In this document: positions 1 to 10,418 of the stretch, in pieces | Layout: the number at the start of each line of letters is the position of its first letter | How positions within the stretch are numbered: the stretch's first letter is position 1 | Source: an uncultured Methylomirabilota bacterium | GTDB lineage: Bacteria; Methylomirabilota; Methylomirabilia; Methylomirabilales; 2-02-FULL-66-22 | Assembly (NCBI GenBank): GCA_963842855.1 | Contig: CAWJHW010000003.1 | Coordinates: forward strand, 696,616-760,615 | Length of the DNA: 64,000 nt | Direction: 5' to 3' | The notes under the pieces: generated by a model | Seen by the model: the letters and a program-made list of their open reading frames with translations, nothing else | The model's database searches: none | Told to the model about the DNA's origin: nothing | Program-made: the position numbers and the translations under genes

Positions 1-959
1 AGCGTGTCCAAGGCGACCGCCGCCGGCAGTTGGGCGCGGAACGTGGGCAGGAGGGCGCGGATGGCGTCTACCACTTCCACCGTGTTCGTGCCCGGCTGCC
101 GCTGGATGGCCAGGACGACGGCGCGGCTGTCATTGCGCCAGCCCGCGACCTTGTCATTCTCCACGCTGTCGATGACGCGGCCGAGTTCCTCCAGGCGCAC
201 GGGGGAGCCGTTGCGGTAGGTGACGATCAGCGGGCGGTAGGCCGCGGCATCGAAGAGCTGCCCGTTGGCCTCGATCAAAAATGTCTGATGGCGCCCGTCC
301 AGGTTCCCCGTGGGCAGATTGATATTGCCCTGCAGGATGGCGTTTTCGACTTCGTCGATCCCGATCCCACGCGAGGCCAGAGCGGTTGGATCGACCTGGA
401 TCCGGACCGCGTACTTCTGGGCACCCCAGACCAAGACCTGCGAGACGCCGCTCACCATCGAGATGCGCTGGGCCATGAGGGTCTCTGCGTACTCGTCCAC
501 GGTGGAGAGGGGGAGCGTGGGCGAGCTCAGGGCCAGGAAGAGGATGGGGGAATCGGCGGGGTTGACCTTGCGGACGGTGGGCGGGCTGGGCATGTTCGGC
601 GGCAATTGGCGCTGGGCCGCAGCGATGGCCGCCTGGACGTCCTGGGACGCGGCGTCGATGTTCCGTTCCAGGGCGAACTGGAGGGTGACCCGCACGGCCC
701 CTTGCACGCTGCTGGACGTCATGTTGTCGATGCCGGCGATGGTGGAGAACTGCTTCTCGAGGGGCGTGGCCACGGAAGAGGCCATGGTCTCCGGGCTGGC
801 CCCGGGCAGACTGCCGGACACCTGGATGGTTGGGAAGTCCACGTTCGGCAGATCGCTCACGGGCAGGACCCGGTAGCCCATGAAGCCGAAGATCAGGATG
901 GCCGCCATGACGAGGGTGGTCATGACCGGCCGGCGGATGAAGAGCTCGGGGATGTTCAT
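1..959 (-). CDS. RND (AcrB/MexB-type) efflux permease, N-terminal part; continues beyond window start
   Basis: Own minus-strand translation from ATG 959 gives MNIPELFIRRPVMTTLVMAAILIFGFMGYRVLPVSDLPNVDFPTIQVSGSLPGASPETMASSVATPLEKQFSTIAGI..., a canonical RND N-terminus. ATGA start/stop overlap with the adaptor gene upstream. Open to position 1, so absent from the ORF track. Confidence 0.85.
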   Translation of the reverse strand, partial: MNIPELFIRRPVMTTLVMAAILIFGFMGYRVLPVSDLPNVDFPTIQVSGSLPGASPETMASSVATPLEKQFSTIAGIDNMTSSSVQGAVRVTLQFALERNIDAASQDVQAAIAAAQRQLPPNMPSPPTVRKVNPADSPILFLALSSPTLPLSTVDEYAETLMAQRISMVSGVSQVLVWGAQKYAVRIQVDPTALASRGIGIDEVENAILQGNINLPTGNLDGRHQTFLIEANGQLFDAAAYRPLIVTYRNGSPVRLEELGRVIDSVENDKVAGWRNDSRAVVLAIQRQPGTNTVEVVDAIRALLPTFRAQLPAAVALDT

Positions 960-2342
960 TGCGCCCGCCCCGAATCCGTGGCCGCCGCCGGCTTCGCCTC
1001 CACGCGGGCGCCAGGGACGAGCCGGAGCTGTCCGTCGGTCACCACCTTCTCCCCCGGCGCGATGCCTTTCGCCACCACGGTCTCGGCGCCGAGCGTCATG
1101 CCCACGGTGATGGGGCGCGACTCCACCGTGAGGTCCGATCGCATCACGTAGACATACTGGCCCTGCTGGCCGTTTTGAATGGCCTGGGAGGGGATGACCA
1201 CCACGTCAGGCTGGACGGTGAGCGTCAGGATCACGGTGACGAACTGCCCCGGCCAAAGGATCCCCCGCTGATTCGGGAAGGTGGCCTTGAGCTGGATGGT
1301 TCCCGTGGTGGCGTCCACCGTGTTGTTCACGAACGTGAGCTCTCCCGCTGCCGGCGAGTCGTCCTGGCCCCGCGGGAACGCCTGGACGCGAACGCTGCCG
1401 GCCGCCAGATACTTTTTGACGTCCGGGAGATATTGCTCGGGGATGGAGAAGCTGACATAGATCGGATGAATTTGGTTCAGGACGAGCATTTGTGCGGTAT
1501 CGTCTCGGGCCTTGACGGCACTGCCCACGCGCACCAGGAGGTTCCCCGCGCGCGCATCCATCGGAGCGCGGATGGTCGTGTACCCGAGTTGCACCTGCGC
1601 GTTCTCCACCACCGCCTGATCGGCCTTGATGACCGCCTTGATGTTCTCCACCGTGGCCTGGGCGGCCCGGATCGAAGCCCTGGCGTTCGTCACCGCGGCC
1701 TGGTCCGCCTGGATCGTCGCCTCCAGGGCGGCGGCGGTGGTGCGGACCTGATCGTAGAGTTCCTGTCGAGATGGCCCCGTCGTCGATCAGCCCCTTGTAG
1801 CGGCGGACTTGAGTCGTCGCATTCTCGAGCTGCGCCGCGTCGCGTGCGAGGTTCGCCTCCGCCTGCTCTTCCGCCGCCATGCTCTGCGCCACCGCGGCTT
1901 CCGCCTGCTGGAGCTGCGCCGTATCGCGCCCCAGGTTGGCCTCGGCTTGGCGGAGAGCCGCCTCCAAGGGGCGCTGGTCCAGCGTGAAGAGCAGATCGCC
2001 CTTTTTGACCTCCTGGCCCTCCAGGATGTGGATGCGGGCGACCTCTCCATCCAGCTGGCTCTTGAGCGTCACGCTCGCATACGCCTGTACCGTGCCGACC
2101 GCGCGGATCTGGACCGGGGCGGGCTTGCGGACCGCGGTATCTATGGTCACCGGGACAGCCTCCCCCGCCGCGGGCCCCTTGGCCTGGGCTTTCTCGGAGG
2201 CCCCGTCGGAACAGGCCACGAGGAGGGCGGCGACTAGCAGCAAGGCTGCCCCGGATAGTGCGCGAGGCCTCAGGAGAGCAGTCGGCTGGCGGTACGCCCC
2301 GGCATTACTATCGGCAAGACTCAAGAGGTTCCCAATGTCCAT
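956..2342 (-). pseudogene. RND efflux periplasmic adaptor (HlyD/AcrA family), split by one apparent frameshift near 1765-1775
   Basis: ORF 1206..2342 is the N-terminal half (signal/lipobox-like LLVAALLVACSDG, coiled coil AEANLGRDTAQLQQAEAAV). ORF 956..1693 is the C-terminal half (GYTTIRAPMDARAGNLLVRVG..., VVIPSQAIQNGQQGQYVYV). Reading ...YKGLIDDGAIS and shifting one base gives QELYDQVRTTAAALEATIQADQAAVTNARASIRAAQ, which joins the halves. Confidence 0.8.
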
Positions 2343-2666
2343 CCACGTTCTCCGTATTGACTATTGACCTGACAGCCCGGCTCGGTCCCCCTCGCCCTGC
2401 CCCCAGTTGTGCGTTCAGATGGGTTGCCCTCTTCATCTTGGCCACGCACGATCAGGGACGGCATGATCGGCTCGAAGTTGTCCTGAGGAATAAAACACCT
2501 AATTATCCCTACAATTCCACTATCCTGTCAATGGTCATTGCTGTCCGAAATGTCCAGTGGCTCACAGCACACAATGGATGAACACTCGTTCAGCGTAGCG
2601 GCGCCCACGGGGAGGGTCAAGCGAAATCTCGGACATCCGCACCGGTTCAGTACATTATGGTCGTCT

Positions 2667-2694
2667 CAATCCGAAATCCCCAATCCTCAATCGC
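2667..2694. repeat. 4 tandem heptamers CAATCCN (caatccg aaatccc caatcct caatcgc)
   Basis: Read directly; lies just downstream of the minus-strand gene ending at 2704. Confidence 0.5.
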
Positions 2695-2703
2695 TGTCAG
2701 GGG

Positions 2704-2961
2704 CTACGGCGTGACCTTCAGGACGCTGTCCCCCTTTCGTACCCGTTCCTTGACTCGGATCCCTACGGTCTGTCCCGGCTCTCCACGCTGCACGCCCTGG
2801 TGTTCGAGCTGGATGGACTCCACCACTTGAGTGACGTCCGTGGTGTGCCCCTTGATGCGGATGGTGTCGCCGACACTCAAGAAGCCCGCGGTCACCTGGA
2901 CTCCCGCCACGCCGATCTTTCCGAAATAGTCCATGACCCTGCCAATGACCTCTTCGCCCAT
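2704..2961 (-). CDS. Small EF-Tu-domain-2-like protein (translation elongation factor-like protein, ~85 aa)
   Basis: MGEEVIGRVMDYFGKIGVAGVQVTAGFLSVGDTIRIKGHTTDVTQVVESIQLEHQGVQRGEPGQTVGIRVKERVRKGDSVLKV has a beta-barrel-like pattern. GGGAGG lies 7 nt upstream of ATG 2961. Confidence 0.55.
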   Translation of the reverse strand: MGEEVIGRVMDYFGKIGVAGVQVTAGFLSVGDTIRIKGHTTDVTQVVESIQLEHQGVQRGEPGQTVGIRVKERVRKGDSVLKVTP

Positions 2962-3164
2962 GGCTGCACCTCCCGATCGCATGCGAAGTGTGAGTGCGAC
3001 CGCGCATTCCCGCGCCGTCAGCCATGGACGTTACCACCGGCCGGGAGATGGGGGCAAGGGATTTCTCCCGCGCGCGGCGGCGCAGCGATTCTGTGCGATT
3101 GACAGCCTCTGCCGCATCGGCTATAAGGCATTGTCTATCTCCCGTCGTCCCCGAGGAGACCCCG

Positions 3165-5884
3165 ATGCTACCGCAATCCTTGATCGGCCCCATCCTGATC
3201 GTGTTCGTCATCCTGGGCGTACTGGGGCAGGCCCTTCCCCTCTACACCGACTACCTCTGGTTCCAGGAGGTGAAGCTGGCGTCGGTCTTCACCACCATCC
3301 TTTGGACCAAGCTTGCTTTGGCCCTCGCGGCCGGCCTCGCCTTTGCCGCCCTCGTCTACGTGAATGTCTACCTAGCGGCCCGCTCCACAGCCAGCGACGT
3401 CCTGGTGGAGCTGGACGATCCCTTCGGCCTGCCCAGCCGCCTGGTCATCGAGCCGCTCTTCCGGAAGTTCTTGCTGCCCGGTGCCTTGGTCCTGGGCTTC
3501 CTCGCCGGGTCCCAGGCCACCGGGCAGTGGGAGACCTTCCTGAAGTTCTTCAATGCGCAGCCGTTCAACATGCAGGATCCCCTTTTCGGCCGCGACATCG
3601 GCTTCTACGTGTTCCGCCTGCCGGTCCTGGAGACGCTCTACGCCTGGGCCATGACGGCCCTCGGCCTCACGTTCCTCTTGGTCGTGGCCACGACCCTCCT
3701 CCACCGCGGCATCCAGATCACCCCCCGCGGGCCGCGGGTGGCCGCCCACGCCCGGGCCCACCTCCTAGCCCTGGGCGCCCTGATCCTCCTGGTGAAGGCG
3801 GGCGGCTATTACCTGGACACCTACGATCTTCTGTTCTCGCCCCGGGGCGTGGTCTTCGGCGCCAGCTACACCGACATCAACGCGCAGTTGCCGGCCCTCC
3901 GCATCCTCACCATTCTGTCCCTGGTCTGCGCGGCGATTTGCATCTGGCAGATCGGCCGCCGCGGCATCCGCCCCCTCTTCATCGCCCTGGCGGTGCTGCT
4001 GGCCGCCAACGTGGTGGGGCTGGGGATCTATCCCAGCCTCCTCCAGCGGTTCCGGGTGGTGCCGAACGAGATTGCGGCCGAACGGCCGTACATCGAGCAG
4101 AACATCAAGTTCACGCGCATGGCGTACGCCCTGGACCGCATCCAGGAGCAGGAGTTCCCCGCCGAGGAGACCTTGACCGCCGACGACCTGCGGAAGAACG
4201 ACGCCACCATCAAGAACATCCGCCTCTGGGACCACCGGCCGCTCTTGGCGACATACGCCCAGCTCCAGGAGATCCGGACCTACTACCGCTTCGTGGACGT
4301 GGACAACGACCGCTACATGGTGGACGGCCAGCTCCGCCAGGTCATGCTCTCGGCGCGCGAGCTGTCCTACCAGAACCTCCCCAGCCGGATCTGGATCAAC
4401 GAGCGCCTCACCTACACCCACGGCTTCGGCGTCGTCCTGGGGCCGGTGAACCGGATCACCCCCGAAGGCCTTCCGGAGTTCTGGACCAAGGACATCCCCC
4501 CGGCCACCACCGGCCCGCTCAAAGTCACGCGTCCCGAGGTGTACTACGGTGAGATCGGCAACGACTACGTGTTCGTCAAGACGCGCGCCCAGGAGTTGGA
4601 CTACCCGGCCGGCGACAAGAACGTCTACAGCAACTACGCCGGGGAGGGAGGGGTCCCGGTTCAGTCTTACCTGCGAAAGCTCCTCTTCGCACTGCGCTTT
4701 GGGGACGTGAAGATCGTCCTGTCCAACGACATCATCGGCGAGAGCCGGGTGATGTACTACCGGGAGATCGGGGAGCGGGTGAAGAAGGCCGCCCCCTTCC
4801 TCCAGTTCGAGCGCGACCCCTACCTGGTCATCGGGCAGGACGGACGCCTGTTCTGGATCATCGACGCCTACACCACCAGCGACCAGTTCCCGTACTCGGA
4901 GCCGGTCCGGGGTATGGGGAACTACATCCGGAATTCAGTCAAGGCCGTAGTGGACGCCTACAACGGCAGCCTGGCCTTCTACCTCAGCGAGCCGGATGAT
5001 CCGGTGGTCAAGGCCTACGCCCGGGCCTTCCCCGGTCTCTTCCAGCCGCTCTCGGCCATGCGGGCCGATCTCCGGCCCCATATCCGGTACCCGCAAGGGC
5101 TCTTCGCCATCCAGGCCCGGATGTACGCAACGTACCACATGCGGGATCCGCAGGTCTTCTACAACAAGGAGGACCTGTGGAGCATCCCGAAGCAAGACGG
5201 TGGACGGGCAGGAGCGCGAGATGGAGTCCTATTACACCATCATGCGGCTTCCTGGGCGAGAAGACCGAGGAGTTCATCCTGCTGACCCCATTCAACCCCA
5301 GCAAGAAGGACAACATGATCGCCTGGTTGGCGGCGCGAAGCGACGGGCCGCATTACGGGAAGCTGATCGCCTACATCTTCCCCAAGCAGAAGCTGATCTA
5401 CGGCCCGCGCCAGATCGATGCCCGCATCGACCAGGACGCCGTTCATCTCCCAACAGCTCAGCCTGTGGAGCCAGCGCGGCTCCCAGGTTATCCGGGGGAG
5501 CATGCTGGCCATCCCCATCGAGCAGTCCCTCCTCTACGTCCAGCCCCTCTACCTAGCCGCCGAGAAGGGCTCGCTTCCCGAACTGAAGCGGGTCATCGTG
5601 GCCGATCGGGAAATCAGATCGCCATGGAGGAGAATCTGGAGGCCTCCCTGGCCCAGATCTTCGGCGGGCCCGGGAAACAGCGCGTCGTGGCCCGGGCAGA
5701 GGCGCCCCCGGCGGCGGGATCCGCCCCGGGACCCCCGGAAAACGTCCGCGGGCTGGTGGACCAGGCCTGGCAACAGTACACTCGCGCCCAGGATATGCTG
5801 CGTCAGGGGAATTTCGCGGGCTATGGAGATGAGGTCAAACGGCTGGAAGGAACGTTGAAGGCGCTCCGTGAGCGCGCCCGGTAG
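3165..5884 (+). pseudogene. UPF0182 family large membrane protein; 3' quarter needs four frame changes
   Basis: ATG 3165 is preceded by GAGGAG. Multi-TM N-terminus MLPQSLIGPILIVFVILGVLGQALPLYTDYLWFQEV; later ...PYLVIGQDGRLFWIIDAYTTSDQFPYSEP. The C-terminus is recovered only by switching frames near 5195, 5255, 5444 and 5606: [20 protein letters not shown] / [36 protein letters not shown] / [53 protein letters not shown] / [29 protein letters not shown]. Confidence 0.8.
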
Positions 5885-5939
5885 TGGCTCTTGGCTCATA
5901 GCTCATGGTACTTGCCATCAGTCACGCGCTATGAGCTAT
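5884..5939. repeat. Heptamer-periodic element between convergent genes (gtggctc ttggctc atagctc atggtac ttgccat cagtcac gcgctat gagctat) with a 9-bp inverted repeat
   Basis: ATAGCTCAT (5898-5906) is the exact reverse complement of ATGAGCTAT (5931-5939). The element starts at the UPF0182 stop and overlaps the last codons and stop of the MoaD-MoaE gene. Confidence 0.6.
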
Positions 5940-6639
5940 TCGCAGTCCGGTCGGCCTCACGGCTCCGCTCGGCGTACTCATCCACGGTGGATCCGATCCA
6001 CTCGGCCCCATCCGTCCAGACTTCTTTCTTCCAGATCGGGACGATCTCTTTTACCCGCTCGATGGCATAGGCGCACGCCTCGAGCGCTTCGCGCCGATGG
6101 GGCGAGGAGATGGCGATGGCGATGCTCGCCTCCCCGATCCTGAGCCGGCCGATCCGGTGCACCATGGCAATGTTGTCCACCGGCCACCGATTCCGGATCT
6201 CGTCGCCGATCTGGCGCATGCTGGCCGTGGCCATCTCGGGATAGGCATCGTACTCCAGATAGCTCACCCGGCGACCCCGAGCGAATTCCCGCACGACCCC
6301 CAGGAAGCTGGCCACGGCCCCGGACGTGTTCTGCGCGACGGTCGCGACCAGGGCGTCCACGGACAGCGGCCCCTCGGTAATCTCGTAGAGTTCGATCCCG
6401 CCGCTCACCGGCGGGATGAAGGCCACCTCGTCGCCGTCCTTGAGTGCCCGGGTGGCCTCGACGTACTCTCGATTGACCGCCAGGAGGAGCGACGGCAGGA
6501 GCGGCTGCAGGCGCGGATGATCCGCGGCGACTCGCTGCAGCAATTCCGATGCCGTCGCTCCCTCAGGAAGCTCCAGCACCACCTCCCGCCGGCCGACAAT
6601 ATCCTTGACCGAGGCGAAGAGCCGCACCCGAATCTTCAT
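5929..6639 (-). CDS. Molybdopterin synthase, MoaD (sulfur carrier) - MoaE (catalytic subunit) fusion
   Basis: N-terminal ubiquitin-like part ends in ...DGDEVAFIPPVSGG (MoaD C-terminal GG). It is followed by a MoaE-like part ...GAVASFLGVVREFARGRRVSYLEYDAYPEMA...IAISSPHRREALEACAYAIERVKEIVPIWKKE. Confidence 0.85.
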   Translation of the reverse strand: MKIRVRLFASVKDIVGRREVVLELPEGATASELLQRVAADHPRLQPLLPSLLLAVNREYVEATRALKDGDEVAFIPPVSGGIELYEITEGPLSVDALVATVAQNTSGAVASFLGVVREFARGRRVSYLEYDAYPEMATASMRQIGDEIRNRWPVDNIAMVHRIGRLRIGEASIAIAISSPHRREALEACAYAIERVKEIVPIWKKEVWTDGAEWIGSTVDEYAERSREADRTANSS

Positions 6640-7435
6640 CCCTCACCCACTCTTCCCAGTGCCTCAGCTTTCTCCTTGCGGATTTCTGATTCGACGTCGT
6701 CGAAGCCACGCTTTCTCATGTCAGACAAATAGTTCGAAGGGTCTGCAACAACATTCCAACCAGAACCAGGACTTCACAAGTCCTTATGGATTGCAATGTC
6801 TCTGCAGCATCGAGTGCGGGCCCATTCTTTCGGTGTGAAATCACTGTAACTCTCGGTAGATACGTGAGAAACTGACCGCACGGTATCACGGATGGGATAT
6901 CTTGTCAACACGCTTCCGTGGCCGCAACCCCATATTTTTCTGTGAGTTTTCGGGTTTCGGACGCGACTTCTGCCTTGACGCCCCCTTCTCTACCGTGTTA
7001 CTAAACGCATGAAGGAACGGGGCTATCTTGTTGCCGTTGCAATTGAAAATGGCAGCATACATCTCCCGAGCGTCCATAATTTTATTTTCGTTGGGCCCTC
7101 ACCTTGGCCCTGACCTTCGAGACGGCGTGGCGTTGACGCGCACGATCACCACGGTGCGCATGCGCCTCGTGATAGGCAATAGTTGATCCCTGCTTCGCCT
7201 GTATGTGGTGAGCGGGACGGTCCCGGCGTTCACAGCGCGGAAACAGCGAGAACGCGAGCGCGTAACGTCTCGAACCACATCGTGAACGCGCTCCTGGCAT
7301 GAGAGCGAGTATGCCGCCTCGGGAAGGCCTGGACTAGGAAATGAAGGCTCGCGCGACGAACCGACCGGTCCTCGGGGCGGATGCCCGGCGCCTTGGGAAC
7401 CGGCGCCGGCGGCGTGTCAGTCGTTCGGAGGCTGC

Positions 7436-9139
7436 ATGACCATCAAGGTGCTCGCCGCGTCCCCCAAGGACAAGGGCCGACTGGTGGACCAGCTTGTCAA
7501 ACGGTTGCTTGATGAGTTGGGGTACGACGATTTCCGCGTCCGGAGCGCCGGGGCGGGAACCGATCTCGAGGTCAAGGCCAGGCACCGCGCCACCCAGGCC
7601 CCCATCCTCTGCCGGGCGCGCGCCCTCCCGCGTGAGATCGGCCCGGACGAGCTGAAGCGGTTTCTTGTGAGCTACACGCGAGACAAGAAAAATGACCGGC
7701 GCCTCGTTGGCCTGTTCCTGGCCTTCTCGGGCTTGAGCCGGCCCGCCCGCGAGTGGTACGCGCGCATGGAGGAGAAGGGGAAGGGGGAATTTCACGTCTT
7801 CCCGCCCGAAAAGATCTTGACGCTGCTGCGCCGGGCCCGCCTCATCGGCCCGCCCGAGGTCGTCGAACCGGCCATCAAGTCGCGCATCCGGACGGATGTC
7901 GGCCCCCGCTTCCTGGCCTATCACGAGGGCCACATGTACTGGATCCAGATGACCCTCACGGGACGGAAGCCGACGGGATATGCGGCCTTGGCCTCCCACG
8001 GGGATCTGGTATCCCGCGTCGTAGCCCGGGAGCTGAAGCGGCTCGACCCAGCCCTCCAGGGCAAGCGGCTGGTGGACGTGTACCTCCGCGACAAGGTGTT
8101 TCTCACGCTGCTCGATCTGGTCCCCCGCAACCTCGAGGCCATCGCCAAGGAGGTGCGGGAGCCGCTCGCCGACGTTCGCGAGGTCATGCAGGACCTCGTG
8201 CGGGAGACCGTGGTCGTGGTCGAGCCCGGCGGTCAGCCCCGGTGGAAGAATGACCGGTACAGCCTGCGGGGCGACCTGGGATTGTTTCTCTCCCTGGCGC
8301 GACAGTATCTAGAGAGCGGAAACAAGTTCCGCTTCCTGGGCTCGGCCTTTGCGATGCGTCTCCTGGCCACCGACGTCCCCGGCTACCTGGAGGCCCGGTG
8401 GAAGTTCCGCGGGCCCGAACAGGATCGGGCGGGCCTGTACCGGTTCCTGGCCCTCACGCCCAGCGGGCTGAACCACGCCCTGTTTACACCCACGGACCGC
8501 TACGCCGGAAGCGACGGCGAGGCGCGCGCGGGCTTCGCCGAGCGCGAGCGGGGCCGCGGCCCCCAGATGTCCCGGCTGCTGGCGGACCTTTTGGTGCGGA
8601 TGGCCGACGACATGGATCACCCGCAGTTCCAAGAGCTCCTGGCCGCCAAGGGGATCAAGGTCCATCTGTACCGGGCCGCGGCCAAGGCGGCCACTGTCCA
8701 AGACTTGGCTTTCAGTCTCCAGGCCGACAGCCAGCTTTCGCTGGGTCGTCCAACCACGGCACCCCGGTCAGCCCAGCCTGCCCGAGGCGAGCCGGAGATG
8801 AACATCGAACTGGGAGCGGCGCTCTTGCACATGGAAGAGTACGAGCAGGCGGTGGCCCAGTTCGACCGCGGGATCAAGGACCTCAGGGATCCCAGCCGCC
8901 TGCTGACCGCGTGGAACCAGCGGGGCATCTGCCTGCTGCACCTGAAAAAGTTCACCGATGCCACGACCTGCTTCAACGAGGCGCTGCGCTACAACGGGAA
9001 CTCCAAGCAGGCCTGGTATTACAAGGCCGTCTGCCTGAAGGAGCTGGGGGACCTGAACGGCGCGCAACGCTGCTGCAAACGCGCCCTGGAGATCGACCCG
9101 AGTTACGCCGAGGCGCGCGAGCTGATGCAGGTCCTCTGA
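7436..9139 (+). CDS. Restriction-endonuclease-like (Mrr_cat/PD-(D/E)xK) N-terminal domain + central winged-helix-like region + C-terminal TPR repeats; function unknown
   Basis: N-terminus KGRLVDQLVKRLLDELGYDDFRVRSAGAGTDLEVKARH..APILCRARALPREIGPDELKRFLVSY matches my memory of the Mrr catalytic-domain layout (D..ExK). C-terminus ...AWNQRGICLLHLKKFTDATTCFNEALRYNGNSKQAWYYKAVCLKELGDLNGAQRCCKRALEIDPSYAEA is classic TPR. GGAGG upstream of ATG 7436. Confidence 0.55.
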   Translation: MTIKVLAASPKDKGRLVDQLVKRLLDELGYDDFRVRSAGAGTDLEVKARHRATQAPILCRARALPREIGPDELKRFLVSYTRDKKNDRRLVGLFLAFSGLSRPAREWYARMEEKGKGEFHVFPPEKILTLLRRARLIGPPEVVEPAIKSRIRTDVGPRFLAYHEGHMYWIQMTLTGRKPTGYAALASHGDLVSRVVARELKRLDPALQGKRLVDVYLRDKVFLTLLDLVPRNLEAIAKEVREPLADVREVMQDLVRETVVVVEPGGQPRWKNDRYSLRGDLGLFLSLARQYLESGNKFRFLGSAFAMRLLATDVPGYLEARWKFRGPEQDRAGLYRFLALTPSGLNHALFTPTDRYAGSDGEARAGFAERERGRGPQMSRLLADLLVRMADDMDHPQFQELLAAKGIKVHLYRAAAKAATVQDLAFSLQADSQLSLGRPTTAPRSAQPARGEPEMNIELGAALLHMEEYEQAVAQFDRGIKDLRDPSRLLTAWNQRGICLLHLKKFTDATTCFNEALRYNGNSKQAWYYKAVCLKELGDLNGAQRCCKRALEIDPSYAEARELMQVL

Positions 9140-9145
9140 CCGCCC

Positions 9146-10270
9146 GTGTCCCCCACGCTGGTCTGTGCCGCCTGCCAGCAGGCGGCGCCCCCCGACACGG
9201 TACGCTGGCGTTGCGCCTGCGGCGGCCCGTACGACCTGGTCGCCCCGGCGTCCTTTCCCCGCGACGCCATCCGGAGCCGGTTGCAGACCCTCTGGCGCTA
9301 TCGTGAGGCGCTCCCCCTCCCGCCAGCGCGCGACGTGGTGTCCCTGGGGGAGCCCCTGACGCCCCTCCTCCCCTGGCCGGCTCTTCCGGGGTCTCACCTC
9401 AAGCTGGAGTTCCTGCTCCCCACCGGCTCGTTCAAGGATCGCGGCGCCTGCGTGATGCTGAGCCACATGAAGGGCCTGGGCGTCCGGGCGGCGGTGGAGG
9501 ATTCCTCGGGGAACGCGGCCGCGGCCGTAGCCGCATACTCCGCGCGGGCCGGCATTGCGTGTCGGATCTTCGTCCCCGCCTCGACTTCCAGTGGCAAGCT
9601 GGCCCAGATCGCGACCTACGGCGCCGACCTGGTCCCCGTCCCCGGGACGCGCGAGGACGTGGCTGCCGCCGCCCGCCGGGAGGCGGAGCAGACCTATTAT
9701 GCCAGCCATGTCTTCAACCCGTACTTCTTCCACGGAACCAAGACCTTCGCCTTCGAGGTGTGGGAGCAGTTGGGTTTCCGCGCGCCGGATCAGGTGATCC
9801 TCCCCGTGGGGCATGGGACGCTGTACCTGGGGGCCTATCTCGGGTTCCGCGACCTGTTGCAGGCCGGGGAGATCGCACGGCTGCCGCGCCTGATCGGCGT
9901 CCAGGCGGAGCCGTGCGCCCCCCTCGCCGCCGCCTGGCGGGGCGAGGTCGCCGCCGCGCCCAGGACGACGGTCGCCGAGGGCATCCGCATCGCCGCACCC
10001 GACCGCGCGGGGGCGATCCTCCAGGCGTGCCGCGAAAGCCAGGGAGAGTTTCTTACCGTGTCCGAGGACGAAATCGTCTCGACCCTCTTCCGGTTGGGTC
10101 GCGCCGGCCTGTATGTCGAGCCGACCGCGGCCGTGGCGCCCGCGGGCGCCTTGCGGCTGGCCGCGGCCGGTCGCCTTTCCGCCGGGGAAACCACCGTGAT
10201 CCCCCTCACCGGCTCAGGTCTGAAGGCCGGCTATACCATCGCAGAACTGCTCAAGCAGGAGCCGCAGTAG
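9146..10270 (+). CDS. thrC: Threonine synthase-like PLP-dependent enzyme (fold type II)
   Basis: PLP-lysine motif LPTGSFKDRGACVMLSH; GNAAAAVAAYSARAGI. N-terminal Cys-rich ribbon CAAC..CACG. GTG start 6 nt after the upstream stop. Confidence 0.7.
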   Translation: MSPTLVCAACQQAAPPDTVRWRCACGGPYDLVAPASFPRDAIRSRLQTLWRYREALPLPPARDVVSLGEPLTPLLPWPALPGSHLKLEFLLPTGSFKDRGACVMLSHMKGLGVRAAVEDSSGNAAAAVAAYSARAGIACRIFVPASTSSGKLAQIATYGADLVPVPGTREDVAAAARREAEQTYYASHVFNPYFFHGTKTFAFEVWEQLGFRAPDQVILPVGHGTLYLGAYLGFRDLLQAGEIARLPRLIGVQAEPCAPLAAAWRGEVAAAPRTTVAEGIRIAAPDRAGAILQACRESQGEFLTVSEDEIVSTLFRLGRAGLYVEPTAAVAPAGALRLAAAGRLSAGETTVIPLTGSGLKAGYTIAELLKQEPQ

Positions 10271-10365
10271 CGCGCGTTGGACTCCCTTAATCGCGTCCCC
10301 TCTTCAGCGCGCTTCACCCCCGTGACCGATGCGTCAGAGATGGCGCCGACCCTCAAACGCACACA

Positions 10366-10390
10366 GGCCGGAGGCGACTGCCTCCGGTCC
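10366..10390. terminator. GC-rich hairpin between convergent genes (CCGGAGGC-GACT-GCCTCCGG)
   Basis: Perfect 8-bp stem with a 4-nt loop at 10368-10387. No clear U-tract. Confidence 0.4.
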
Positions 10391-10418
10391 CGGTTGGCAA
10401 TCGATCCCGCCTTCTCGT

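Noticed and set aside
6886-7300. Two small minus-strand ORFs (72 and 63 aa) as a toxin-antitoxin pair
   Set aside because: Neither sequence matches any TA family I can recall. The first is Arg-rich and likely noncoding. No RBS or overlap typical of TA pairs is present. The region is kept only as part of the low-GC gap finding.
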